Part shown: positions 28,372 to 36,993 of the stretch, piece after piece
Position numbering within the stretch: the first letter of the stretch is position 1
Layout of the letters: every line of letters starts with the position of its first letter
Assembly: GCA_031431275.1 (NCBI GenBank)
Contig: JANPDC010000156.1
Span: 28,345 to 92,344 of the forward strand
Source of the DNA: Bacteroidota bacterium
GTDB taxonomy: Bacteria; Bacteroidota; Bacteroidia; Flavobacteriales; Flavobacteriaceae
DNA length: 64,000 nt
Direction: 5' to 3'
The notes under the pieces: model-generated
Database searches by the model: none
What the model saw: the letters and a program-made list of their open reading frames with translations, nothing else
What the model was told of the DNA's origin: nothing
Translations under genes and position numbers: made by a program

Positions 28372-30183
28372 TTAAAAACTAAACCCAAACAGTGTTCCTT
28401 CTTCACTTTTGTCATTTAGTCTCAAAACAATTTGATTGTCTTCAAAGTAAACAATATCTTCCTGTTCATCAATAGGTAAATCCGATTTAATTACTGATAA
28501 AATATACTGAATATTAAACTCTTTTAAAAGTTTATCAAGTAATTCAAGTAATCTTAATTTAATTCCATTATCTTGGGTTGAAAGTACATCGTCATGATAA
28601 ATAAATCTAAAAAAAGATTGACTGTTATAACTTGTTAATATTGCTAAATCAAAAGCTACACACAATATTTTTTTATAAGTTGTTCCTTCATCTTTTGCAG
28701 TATTTCTATTAGAACTATCTAATACTTTGGGTGGGGGAAATTCAATATTGTTATTTGTATTTAAGTGCCAAGAAATATTTGCACTTTCATCCATAATGGA
28801 TTTGTAAAAAGAATGAAACTTTTTTCTTATATCATCATATTTCTCGTTCAGCTCTGTATTTCTTGATAAAAATTTTAACTTATCAATAGTGCTTTCAATA
28901 TCACTTTTCTTATCTTCAATTTCATCTTCTTTTGAAAAAATTAAATCAATATAATTAATTTTAGAATTAACAATGCTAAGCTCTTCTTCTTTTTTTGCTA
29001 ACGATTTTTGATATGTTTTAAACTTTTTAAAAGTATCTGTGTCTTGTAAAACAGATAAAAGGTCTTCTTTCTTCGAATTTAATTCAATTAATTTTGAATT
29101 TATTAGTTCTAATTCTTTTTGCTTATTCGATAAAATCTTTTTGATTAACTTATTTCTTTCAATTGTAATTTTAGAATTAAATTCTAATAATTCTTGGTAG
29201 TCCTTTTTGATTTGATCTCCAAAATAAATTCCCGTCTCTTCAAAAACTTTTTGAACTTTGTTTAATTCAAATGCAAAATTATTTTGAACTGATTTGTTTA
29301 ATTTGTCAATTTCATAATTCAAATTATATGATAATGAATTATATTCACTTATTGAGTTTTCAATGTCTAATATACCGTTTTGTATAAGTTTTTTATCTTG
29401 TTCATAAAAATTAAAAGCGTCTATTTTCTTTTCAATTTCTAAATTATTTTCTTCAATTGATCTTTTTTCAGCAATTAATGAATCTCTATCTTTCTTATCA
29501 ATTTTATATTCTTTTCTAAGAGTTCCAATAAATCCATTTAACTCATCTATTTCATCATCGTTTTCATATTTTTTAAGTAATAAATCGCCATCAAACCCTA
29601 ATAGATCAAAAATAAATGGCTTCCAATATTTGTGTTTGCCATTTGAAAATTTAGATAACTGAAAAACATCTTTGTAATCGTCAGGAGGCGTTCTTAGGCT
29701 ATAACTTAACACTTTTCTATAATCATAATTTTTATCGAAGAAAAAGGCGTAATTTAAAGATTCTGATAAAATTTGCTTGGCTTTATCAATTGAAATATTG
29801 TCGTAGTAAAAATTTAATGGGGGTTGAAAATCTTGACTTCTTACTTCTGAAATATTAAATGATATTTTAGTATTATTATCTATTCCTCTTTTTATAGTTA
29901 AAAATTGTCCTTCATTGAGTTCTATTTCTAAATAGAAAATATATTCATTAAAAATCGATTTATTATCGGCATCAATAAGTTTTAAAAGAAAATCTTTTTT
30001 ATCAATTTTTTTTAACAACAAAAAATCTATTAATTCAGCAACTTTAGTTTTACCAAGATCGTGAGAATTTTTTTTATCTTTTAAATCTGTTTGAACATCA
30101 GCATAAATCACATTTAATCCATTTAAATTGAATGAAATTTTTTTAAAATTTTCTTTGTTACAATATAATTTACTTAACTTCAT
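28372..30183 (-). CDS. ABC/SMC-like ATPase with a long coiled-coil insert (DUF2326 / ABC-3C / LmuB-DdmC-like)
   Basis: N-terminus MKLSKLY...ISFNLNGLNVIYADV, then a degenerate Walker A NSHDLGKT (aa 39-46) followed by ELIDFLL. Heptad-rich K/E/L/N region at about aa 215-470. C-terminal Walker-B-like FIYHDD (aa ~527-532) and a QYILSV strand. Confidence 0.75.
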   Translation of the reverse strand: MKLSKLYCNKENFKKISFNLNGLNVIYADVQTDLKDKKNSHDLGKTKVAELIDFLLLKKIDKKDFLLKLIDADNKSIFNEYIFYLEIELNEGQFLTIKRGIDNNTKISFNISEVRSQDFQPPLNFYYDNISIDKAKQILSESLNYAFFFDKNYDYRKVLSYSLRTPPDDYKDVFQLSKFSNGKHKYWKPFIFDLLGFDGDLLLKKYENDDEIDELNGFIGTLRKEYKIDKKDRDSLIAEKRSIEENNLEIEKKIDAFNFYEQDKKLIQNGILDIENSISEYNSLSYNLNYEIDKLNKSVQNNFAFELNKVQKVFEETGIYFGDQIKKDYQELLEFNSKITIERNKLIKKILSNKQKELELINSKLIELNSKKEDLLSVLQDTDTFKKFKTYQKSLAKKEEELSIVNSKINYIDLIFSKEDEIEDKKSDIESTIDKLKFLSRNTELNEKYDDIRKKFHSFYKSIMDESANISWHLNTNNNIEFPPPKVLDSSNRNTAKDEGTTYKKILCVAFDLAILTSYNSQSFFRFIYHDDVLSTQDNGIKLRLLELLDKLLKEFNIQYILSVIKSDLPIDEQEDIVYFEDNQIVLRLNDKSEEGTLFGFSF

Positions 30184-30412
30184 TGAAAATAAAAGTATCT
30201 GTTAATTCTTGATATTTGATTTTATCTAATATGAATAAAAAATTCAAAGCATAGGGATAATTTTCCTTTGCTTTTTCACCTAGTTCATTTATAACTTTTC
30301 TTTGTAATTTGTCATACTCAATATTATACTGCGCTCTTAATAATTTTATTATATATGCGCTAATATTTATTACCGAATAATCTGGATTAGTATGTCGATT
30401 TGGTTTTATCAT
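30170..30412 (-). CDS. 80-aa adaptor (ABC-3C middle-component / LmuC-DdmB-like)
   Basis: Its size and position between effector and ATPase, with overlaps on both sides (ATGA at 30409-30412; 14 nt at 30170-30183). Helical pattern SVINISAYIIKLL...YALNFLFILDKI. Confidence 0.6.
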   Translation of the reverse strand: MIKPNRHTNPDYSVINISAYIIKLLRAQYNIEYDKLQRKVINELGEKAKENYPYALNFLFILDKIKYQELTDTFIFNEVK

Positions 30413-31371
30413 TTTAATCCTATTTCACAATTCATATACATATAATGTAAAAATGTAAATATATGTCTTTTTCCTCCTTTTAATTCTTTATTTCCGTCTG
30501 CTATTTTTTGATAAATAAAAATAAAAACCTCATCAAACAAATCAAAGTTATCTCTTTTCAAAGTAATCAACCCGCTTAATTCTGAAGTTATATCAAAATA
30601 ATAGTCTCTTAAATCTGAATTTTTGTCGTCTTCTAAAAAATTTTGAATCTCTATAAATTCTGAATAAGATTTCAACAAAATTTCGTTTTCATAATATTCT
30701 TTACTTAATAAATTCTTTTTGTTTTTTTCGTCTATTTCTATTTTATCAAAATCATATTTAACTTCTTCAACTTTTGCTTTAATATCTTCGGCAATCTTAG
30801 ATAACTGTTTTTTAAATTCTAAAATAATTTCTTTTATTTCTTCGTCAGAAAAATCAAATGGGATATGATGTTTATCTAAACCGAAAGCCTTTATAATATC
30901 TCTGTTTTGATTCAAATATCGATTATTAATAGTCTCTTTTCCTAAAATTTCTATATTTGTTAAACCTGTTTTCTTCTTTATATTATTTAAAAGTCTTTCC
31001 CCTTTTATCCCAGTATATTTTCTATTAGTGAATATTAAATAATTATCAATTTCATTGTTATCTTTTAACTTTTTTATTTTTGGAATTTCAATATTTATTA
31101 AGGTTTCAAACTCTTTGTCTGAACACGAAGCTTGAGAATTACTTGTAAATTTAGATTGAATAATAAATTTTCCTTTCCAAGATTCAGATTCAGATGGAAA
31201 ATGATTAGCCGTTCCTGAAAATTTTCCATCTCTTCCTCCATCTTTTCCCTCGGAAAATTCAATGATACCAATACCTAATATTTTTTGACAAATTGTATTT
31301 ACTAAATCTTCAAATTTTTTATCTTCAAGTTGTTCTAATCTGTAATCCATTAACTTTATTAATTTTTTCAA
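30409..31371 (-). CDS. Effector: N-terminal Mrr-cat-type PD-(D/E)xK nuclease fused to a helical C-terminal domain (LmuA/DdmA-analogous)
   Basis: FEDLV (aa 20-24), GKDGGRDG (aa 42-49) and FIIQSK (aa 69-74) match the restriction-endonuclease Mrr_cat layout. The track start is a TTG; the ATG at 31350 (MDYRLEQ) is the more likely start. Confidence 0.7.
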   Translation of the reverse strand: MKKLIKLMDYRLEQLEDKKFEDLVNTICQKILGIGIIEFSEGKDGGRDGKFSGTANHFPSESESWKGKFIIQSKFTSNSQASCSDKEFETLINIEIPKIKKLKDNNEIDNYLIFTNRKYTGIKGERLLNNIKKKTGLTNIEILGKETINNRYLNQNRDIIKAFGLDKHHIPFDFSDEEIKEIILEFKKQLSKIAEDIKAKVEEVKYDFDKIEIDEKNKKNLLSKEYYENEILLKSYSEFIEIQNFLEDDKNSDLRDYYFDITSELSGLITLKRDNFDLFDEVFIFIYQKIADGNKELKGGKRHIFTFLHYMYMNCEIGLK

Positions 31372-31376
31372 AAATA
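31369..31376 (-). promoter_or_regulatory. Possible -7 box (TATTTTTG) upstream of the islet operon, lying inside the duplicated segment
   Basis: Plus-strand caaaaata is the reverse complement of TAnnTTTG, 19 nt upstream of the ATG at 31350. The same octamer at 28257-28264 precedes the DUF6922-like gene. Confidence 0.3.
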
Positions 31377-31483
31377 CAAAATTTCTACAAAACCATCGTC
31401 AACTGAATTCGTTTTCTATCTTCGTCAACCTCAACTACTTTTACGGTAACGTGTTGGTGGAGTTTTACAACCTCGTTAACATC
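31369..31483. repeat. Right direct repeat, which forms the functional 3' end of tex
   Basis: See the left repeat. It includes the tex stop at 31385-31387. Confidence 0.95.
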
Positions 31484-33511
31484 GCTCACAAAACCTGCTT
31501 TGAGTTGTGAAATATGAACCAAACCACTTTCTTTGGTGCCAATATCTACAAAACAACCAAAAGCAGTAATGTTATTGACAATTCCGGGCAAAATCATTCC
31601 GGTTCGAACGTCTTTTATGGTTTTTACATTTGGGTCAAATTCGAAGACTTTAGCAGATTTTCTTGGGTCTAAACCTGGTTTTTCGAGTTCTTTGATGATA
31701 TCTTTTAAGGTTAATAAACCAATTTCAGGAGTTGTATAATTTTCTGGTTTTACCAAAGCCGTTTTTTCTTTATTGGCAATCAAATCATTGACAGAAAGTT
31801 TTAAATCTTTTGCCATTTTCTCAACAATTCCGTAGGCTTCTGGATGAACTGCAGAATTATCTAAGGGATTTTTTCCGTCTTTGATTCTGATAAAAGCCAC
31901 GCCTTGTTGATAGGCTTTGTCGCCCAATCTTGGTACTTTTTTGAGTTGTTTTCTGTCTTCAAATGGCCCATTGTCAGATCGGTATTGAACGATATTTTCT
32001 GCCAACTTCTCCCCTATTCCACTTACATAACTCAGCAAATACTTGCTTGCCGTATTAATGTTTATTCCAACCGAATTTACGCAACGAATAACGGTCGCAT
32101 CTAATTCATCTTTCAATTTGCTTTGGTCAACATCGTGTTGGTACTGCCCTACTCCTATTGCTTTTGGGTCTATTTTTACTAATTCTGCCAACGGATCTGA
32201 TAATCGTCGACCAATCGAAACCGATCCACGAACTGTAACATCATAATTAGGAAATTCGTCTCGAGCAATTTTACTGGCAGAATAAACCGATGCTCCAGCC
32301 TCAGAAACTACAAAAACCTGAACCGGTTTATCAAACGTAATTTTCTTGATAAAAAACTCAGTTTCGCGACTTGCAGTTCCGTTTCCGATAGAAATTGCAT
32401 CAATTGAATAGGCATTTACCATTGAACGAATTTTTTTCATCGCCATTGCATCTTCTTTTTGTGGTGCGTGCGGATAAATGGTTTCATTGTACAACAAATC
32501 ACCTTTTTCGTCTAAACAAACAATCTTACAACCGCTGCGAAAACCTGGGTCAATTGCCAAAATTCGCTTTTCGCCCAAAGGTGGCGCCAATAACAATTGC
32601 CCCAAATTGGTGGCAAAAACATTGATTGCAGTAACATCTGCTTTGGCTTTGGCTTCTTGCAAAGTTTCGTTTGAAATGGCAGGATTTAATAATCTTTTAT
32701 ACGAATCTTCAATTGCCAATTGCACGTGCGAGATTGCTGGCGAATTGCTGTTTTTAATGATTAAATTATCAATTAAATCATAGGTTTCATCTATATCGAC
32801 TTCGATTTTTAACTTTATAAATCCTTCGTTTTCAGCACGAAGCATTGCTAGTAATCGGTGCGAAGGCGTTTTTGCTAAATTTTCTGACCATTCAAAATAT
32901 TGTACAAATTTTTGTGCCGCTTCTTCTTCGGATTTTTTCTTAACAACTTTGGTTTCTATAACCGATTTTCGTTGAAACAAGCGTCGCAAACTTTGTCGAA
33001 CGGCAATATTTTCATTTATCCATTCGGCAACAATATCTCTTGCACCTTGCAATGCTGCATCTTCGTTAATAACATTTTCATTGATATACTGTGTTGCCAA
33101 GAAATCGACATCATCATTATTCTGTGCTAAAATTAATTTGGCTAATGGTTCCAATCCATTTTCACGAGCGACATCGGCACGGGTTTTTTTCTTCTTTTTA
33201 AACGGCAAATAAATATCTTCGAGTTCTTGCAAATCGAAACTATTTTCAATTTTAAGTTTTAAATCAGGCGAGAGTTGACCTTGCTCATCAATACTTTTTA
33301 AGATTGATTCTTTTCGTTTTATAATTTCATCGAATTGCTTATTTAACTTTGCAATTTGCTCTATAAAAACCTCATCAAGATTGCCAGTTTGGTCTTTTCT
33401 GTATCTAGAAATAAACGGAATCGTGCAATCTTCGTCTAATAATTTTACGGTTGCTTCGATATTTTTGGGCAAAGTTGCTACTTGTTTGGCTATGAATTGT
33501 ATGTTGGTCAT
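31385..33511 (-). CDS. tex: Tex-like transcription accessory protein (YqgF/HHH/S1 domains)
   Basis: N-terminus ATVKLLDEDCTIPFISRYRKDQTG, a YqgF-like region (ILAIDPGFRSGCK), and a C-terminal S1 domain (GIVNNITAFGCFVDIG...GLVHISQL). Confidence 0.95.
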   Translation of the reverse strand: MTNIQFIAKQVATLPKNIEATVKLLDEDCTIPFISRYRKDQTGNLDEVFIEQIAKLNKQFDEIIKRKESILKSIDEQGQLSPDLKLKIENSFDLQELEDIYLPFKKKKKTRADVARENGLEPLAKLILAQNNDDVDFLATQYINENVINEDAALQGARDIVAEWINENIAVRQSLRRLFQRKSVIETKVVKKKSEEEAAQKFVQYFEWSENLAKTPSHRLLAMLRAENEGFIKLKIEVDIDETYDLIDNLIIKNSNSPAISHVQLAIEDSYKRLLNPAISNETLQEAKAKADVTAINVFATNLGQLLLAPPLGEKRILAIDPGFRSGCKIVCLDEKGDLLYNETIYPHAPQKEDAMAMKKIRSMVNAYSIDAISIGNGTASRETEFFIKKITFDKPVQVFVVSEAGASVYSASKIARDEFPNYDVTVRGSVSIGRRLSDPLAELVKIDPKAIGVGQYQHDVDQSKLKDELDATVIRCVNSVGININTASKYLLSYVSGIGEKLAENIVQYRSDNGPFEDRKQLKKVPRLGDKAYQQGVAFIRIKDGKNPLDNSAVHPEAYGIVEKMAKDLKLSVNDLIANKEKTALVKPENYTTPEIGLLTLKDIIKELEKPGLDPRKSAKVFEFDPNVKTIKDVRTGMILPGIVNNITAFGCFVDIGTKESGLVHISQLKAGFVSDVNEVVKLHQHVTVKVVEVDEDRKRIQLTMVL

Positions 33512-33596
33512 TTTTTGATTTAGGAATTAGGATTTTTCGAATTAAGATTTTCAAATTCACTGACAAAAATAATATCTTTACAGCAATTCAAAAAGT

Positions 33597-33869
33597 ATGT
33601 CTGGTATTTTAATTTATTTTTTTACTATCAATTTTATTGGGTTTATTGTAATTTGGTATGATAAAAATAAAGCAATTAAAAATCAATTTCGAATTCCTGA
33701 AAAAACACTTTTAATTTTTGTTGCTGTTGGCGGAAGTCTTGGTTCAGGTTTGGGGATGGTTTTGTTTCGTCATAAAACCTCCAAAACTTCTTATTTATTG
33801 AAGTTTTTTGGGATAGTTGTGATTCAAATATTAATTTTAATCCTGAACAATAAAATCTTTAGAATCTAA
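33597..33869 (+). CDS. DUF1294 family small membrane protein
   Basis: WYDKNKAIKNQFRIPEKTLL..VAVGGSLGSGLGMVLFRHKTSK. Confidence 0.8.
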   Translation: MSGILIYFFTINFIGFIVIWYDKNKAIKNQFRIPEKTLLIFVAVGGSLGSGLGMVLFRHKTSKTSYLLKFFGIVVIQILILILNNKIFRI

Positions 33870-34736
33870 TTTTTGATATTCGGGTTGAATATTAATATGA
33901 TTTATTGAGAATTTTTCTAATAAAATCTGTTCTATTTTTTCTAATAAAACATTAAATTCACTCATTTTCATATCATTAGAACAATCCAAGTGCGCTTCAA
34001 GATGCAATTCGTGTTCGTTCAAATGCCAAACGTGAATGTGATGCAATTTATTAACACCAGAAATTTGATGTACTTCACGAACAATTTCTTTAATATCAAT
34101 ATTCGAAGGAGTAAAAAGCATTAAAATTCTAGTAGATTCTATCAATAAATCGTAACCAATATAAATGAGATAAATCGCTATTGCAAATGTCAAAACACTA
34201 TCAATCCAATAAATTTGGTAATATTTCATTAAAATTCCGCCAACTAAAACCGCCACCGAAGCCATCATATCTGTAAAAAGATGAATGTAAGCCGATTTCA
34301 TATTCAAGTTGTGATCAGCATCTTTTTTGAGTAATAATGCCGATAATCCGTTGGCAACAATTCCTAATAACGACATCCAAATAACTAAATTTGATTTAAT
34401 CGGTTCTGGATTCGAAAATCGTTGAATGGCTTCGAATATTAAGAAAACTGCAACAATCATTAGTGAAATTGCATTGACAAATGCTGCAATAATTTCGGCA
34501 CGTTTGTAGCCAAATGTTTGATTGATTGATGCTTTTCGTTTTGATAAAATATTGGCAATATAACTGAAAATCAATGACAAAACATCTGAAAAATTATGTA
34601 AAGCATCCGAAATTAATGCCAAACTTCCTGAAAAAATGCCACCAACAATTTGTGCAACCGTGATTACAATATTTAAAACTATTGAAAATAAAAGATTTTT
34701 ACCTTTTACTTCGTGATGTGCGTGGTTGTGTGACAA
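33837..34736 (-). CDS. Cation diffusion facilitator (CzcD/ZitB-like) metal efflux transporter
   Basis: His-rich N-terminus (HNHAHHE), SLALISDALHNFSDV, HLFTDMMASV, and a C-terminal cytoplasmic domain. Confidence 0.9.
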   Translation of the reverse strand: MSHNHAHHEVKGKNLLFSIVLNIVITVAQIVGGIFSGSLALISDALHNFSDVLSLIFSYIANILSKRKASINQTFGYKRAEIIAAFVNAISLMIVAVFLIFEAIQRFSNPEPIKSNLVIWMSLLGIVANGLSALLLKKDADHNLNMKSAYIHLFTDMMASVAVLVGGILMKYYQIYWIDSVLTFAIAIYLIYIGYDLLIESTRILMLFTPSNIDIKEIVREVHQISGVNKLHHIHVWHLNEHELHLEAHLDCSNDMKMSEFNVLLEKIEQILLEKFSINHINIQPEYQKLDSKDFIVQD

Positions 34737-34739
34737 AAC

Positions 34740-34994
34740 TTAATTTTTCCGTTTTTCGATTTCTTCTCGAACTTTCTTTAAATCGCCACCAAATTTTGCC
34801 ATAAAAAATAACGCAATCAATATAGACCACGAAGACCATAATCCTGTTGGTGATTTTTTATAAACTTGAATCAAAACTGAAAAAGTACAAATCACACAAA
34901 AGACAACCGATACTTTTTGAAAATTTTTTAATTTCAATTCTTCTTTTACTAATTCTTCTATAGAGAATGATGAATATTTGTTTTCTATTGCCAT
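34740..34994 (-). CDS. Small two-TM membrane protein
   Basis: Two hydrophobic helices. Tightly spaced between rpiB and the CDF gene. Confidence 0.5.
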   Translation of the reverse strand: MAIENKYSSFSIEELVKEELKLKNFQKVSVVFCVICTFSVLIQVYKKSPTGLWSSWSILIALFFMAKFGGDLKKVREEIEKRKN

Positions 34995-35003
34995 AATTTA
35001 TTT

Positions 35004-35432
35004 TTAACACATTATTTTACCAACTCGTGTTGCGTGTCGTCCGCCTTCGAAATCCGTTTTAAGGAAAGTATCTACCATTTCTAAAACTTGTGGAATCGAT
35101 GTAAATCTTGCTGGAATACTTATAATATTTGCATCGTTATGCTGTCGTGCCAAACTGGCAATTTCTTTAGTCCAACACAAAGCCGCTCTCACATTTTGGT
35201 GTTTGTTTGCACTCATTGCAATGCCATTTCCGCTGCCGCAAATAATGATTCCAAAATCGACTTTTGCATCGTTTACGTCTTTTGCAACGGCGTGACCAAA
35301 ATCTGGATAATCAACAGAATCTATTGAATCAGTTCCATAATTGGTGATTTCGTGACCATTTGCCTCGAGCATTTTTACGATTGCAAATTTATATTCTGGA
35401 CCAGCATGGTCGTTTCCTATTGCGATTTTCAT
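35004..35432 (-). CDS. rpiB: Ribose-5-phosphate isomerase B
   Basis: MKIAIGNDHAG, GIIICGSGNGIAMSANK and ARQHNDANI. Confidence 0.92.
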   Translation of the reverse strand: MKIAIGNDHAGPEYKFAIVKMLEANGHEITNYGTDSIDSVDYPDFGHAVAKDVNDAKVDFGIIICGSGNGIAMSANKHQNVRAALCWTKEIASLARQHNDANIISIPARFTSIPQVLEMVDTFLKTDFEGGRHATRVGKIMC

Positions 35433-35559
35433 TCTAATTTATCTTTAAGTTCGTTTTCTATTTCTTCTATATATACAGGACGAAATATCTTTTTGAAATT
35501 AGTCAACAAGTTGTTGACCAATTTCAATTTATTATCTTTACAAAAATAATCATTCTATA

Positions 35560-36084
35560 ATGAATTTTACTGCAAATATTTCAAGATTTGAAGGTAGCGA
35601 AATTTTCTGGACTTCGATCATCATTATTCCTAATGAAATTTATCAAGAAATGATTGTGCTTGCGCCAAACAAACGCATTATTTGTACTATAAATAATGAT
35701 TTGACTTTTCATTGTGCGATGATTCCGAAAAAAACATTTCATTACATTATGTTGGGTCGTGATAAAATTAAAACTTTAAAGTTAGATCCAAACGAAGAAT
35801 TTTTAGTTGAAATTATTCCTGATACAAGCGAACTTGGTTTCGAAATTTGCGAAGAACTACAAGAAGTTTTATTTTCTGATCCTGATGGAAATTCGCTATT
35901 CGAAAAACTAACACCTGGACGCAAAAGAAGTTTCTTGGTTTTTATTTCAAAGACTAAAAATTCGCAACTCAAAATAGAAAAATGTTTTGTTTTTTTAGAA
36001 CATTTAAAACGAAATAAAGGCAAGTTCGACCCAATTGTTTATCAAGAAGATTGCCGAAAATTTAGAGCACAAAATTCTTTCTAA
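35560..36084 (+). CDS. DUF1905 / YdeI(OmpD-associated)-family protein
   Basis: The C-terminal pattern F.KLTPGRKRSFLVFISKTKNSQ.KIEK resembles the YdeI family. Confidence 0.55.
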   Translation: MNFTANISRFEGSEIFWTSIIIIPNEIYQEMIVLAPNKRIICTINNDLTFHCAMIPKKTFHYIMLGRDKIKTLKLDPNEEFLVEIIPDTSELGFEICEELQEVLFSDPDGNSLFEKLTPGRKRSFLVFISKTKNSQLKIEKCFVFLEHLKRNKGKFDPIVYQEDCRKFRAQNSF

Positions 36085-36652
36085 TTTTAAATACTCAAAC
36101 TATTCATTAACAAATGTTTAGTTTTTATAATATTTATAATTTATTTACAATCAATAACTTATAAATAATATTTTTCTAATGTTCATAAAAAACTGCAAAT
36201 CGTTGACTATCAACCAAACTTAATTTAACAACTTTTGTTCATAACTTTAGATAGATTTTTAGAACTATTTTTTAGTTGTATTGATATAATTCGTAGTGCA
36301 AAAATCGCAACTAGAAATCCTAATTTAGTTTGCATTATTTTTAGAAAACTTATCAATATAAAATTCTAGTTTATGAACAAGTTTTTTATAAAATCTTATT
36401 TACAATTATTTACTTTTTTAGGTTATCAACCATTGTTTATAAAGTTTTAAAATTGCTTTAAAATGAAACATTTATAACCTGAAAACGATGTTCATAAATC
36501 ATTATAAAAAATCAAAAACTATAAATTTGTTTAATTTCTAATTTTTTATTCTAACTATTAACACGCTATCATAACCATCAAAAATTTAATTTTTTAAATC
36601 TTTTTTTATTTTGTTTTTATTAAATGTTGAAAACTTTCAGAATTCAAGATTT
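36085..36652. other. 568-bp AT-rich non-coding region between convergent genes, with repeated TTATGAACA-type 9-mers (candidate origin, iteron region or ncRNA locus)
   Basis: No ORF of 60 aa or more in any frame. TGTTCATAA at 36180-36188, 36236-36244 and 36489-36497. Inverted TTATGAACA at 36371-36379. Variant TGTTTATAA at 36434-36442. (T)TATCAACC at 36208-36215 and 36423-36431. Confidence 0.4.
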
Positions 36653-36886
36653 TTAAACAATTTCCATTCTATTATTCAAATCATCTAAAATTGATTGAAC
36701 AATTTCGAAATCGTTTTTATGAATTTTTAGAATAATACCACCGTAAGCAAAACTTGCAAAAGGGTCAATAGAAACTAAATTTTCATTTTGAAATAAAAAT
36801 GGAATTCCTTCGTTTTGTAAAATTGATTTTAAAACCACAATTTCGTGAGTATAATTAAAGGTTGCAATAGTTTGAAAATCTTCCAT
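36653..36886 (-). CDS. DUF2007-like small protein
   Basis: 77 aa with the pattern A..LKS.L..EGIP....NE......P........I.L.V...D. Confidence 0.6.
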   Translation of the reverse strand: MEDFQTIATFNYTHEIVVLKSILQNEGIPFLFQNENLVSIDPFASFAYGGIILKIHKNDFEIVQSILDDLNNRMEIV

Positions 36887-36993
36887 ATTTTATTTTTTTG
36901 TAAATATACAAAGTTATTATTTCGATAAATCTTAATACTTAATTCTAATATCTTAATACTTCTTTGTAATTTAGCCAATATTAGAAAAGAATT

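Larger units (their letters stand above)
28372..31368 (-). mobile_element. 3.0-kb inserted islet with three-gene cargo and no integrase or transposase
   Basis: Bounded exactly by the 115-bp direct repeats. It is much more AT-rich than tex: a hand count gives 12/60 G+C at 29401-29460 against 24/60 at 32101-32160. Confidence 0.6.

Noticed and set aside
28213-28419. 68-aa plus-strand ORF across the left direct repeat
   Set aside because: It reads antisense through the displaced tex fragment and the end of the ATPase gene, and has no independent support.
28372-31368. Integrase, transposase, tRNA target or terminal inverted repeats for the islet
   Set aside because: I looked for them and found none. 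Every nucleotide between the direct repeats is taken up by the three-gene operon, so I did not call it an IS, transposon or ICE.
31533-33130. Cluster of 66-101-aa plus-strand ORFs inside tex, and similar nested or antisense ORFs elsewhere (e.g. 115-354, 1018-1260, 1574-2204, 7599-7970, 16754-17345, 17597-17875, 35088-35549, 48023-48583, 52515-52826, 53377-53565, 54141-54413, 58410-58808, 63633-63839)
   Set aside because: All lie wholly within, or antisense to, long ORFs that have clear family motifs. They are typical shadow ORFs.
36085-36652. Canonical DnaA boxes (TTATCCACA / TGTGGATAA)
   Set aside because: None is present in the gap, only the TTATGAACA/TTATCAACC variants. The origin interpretation therefore remains a hypothesis and not an annotation.
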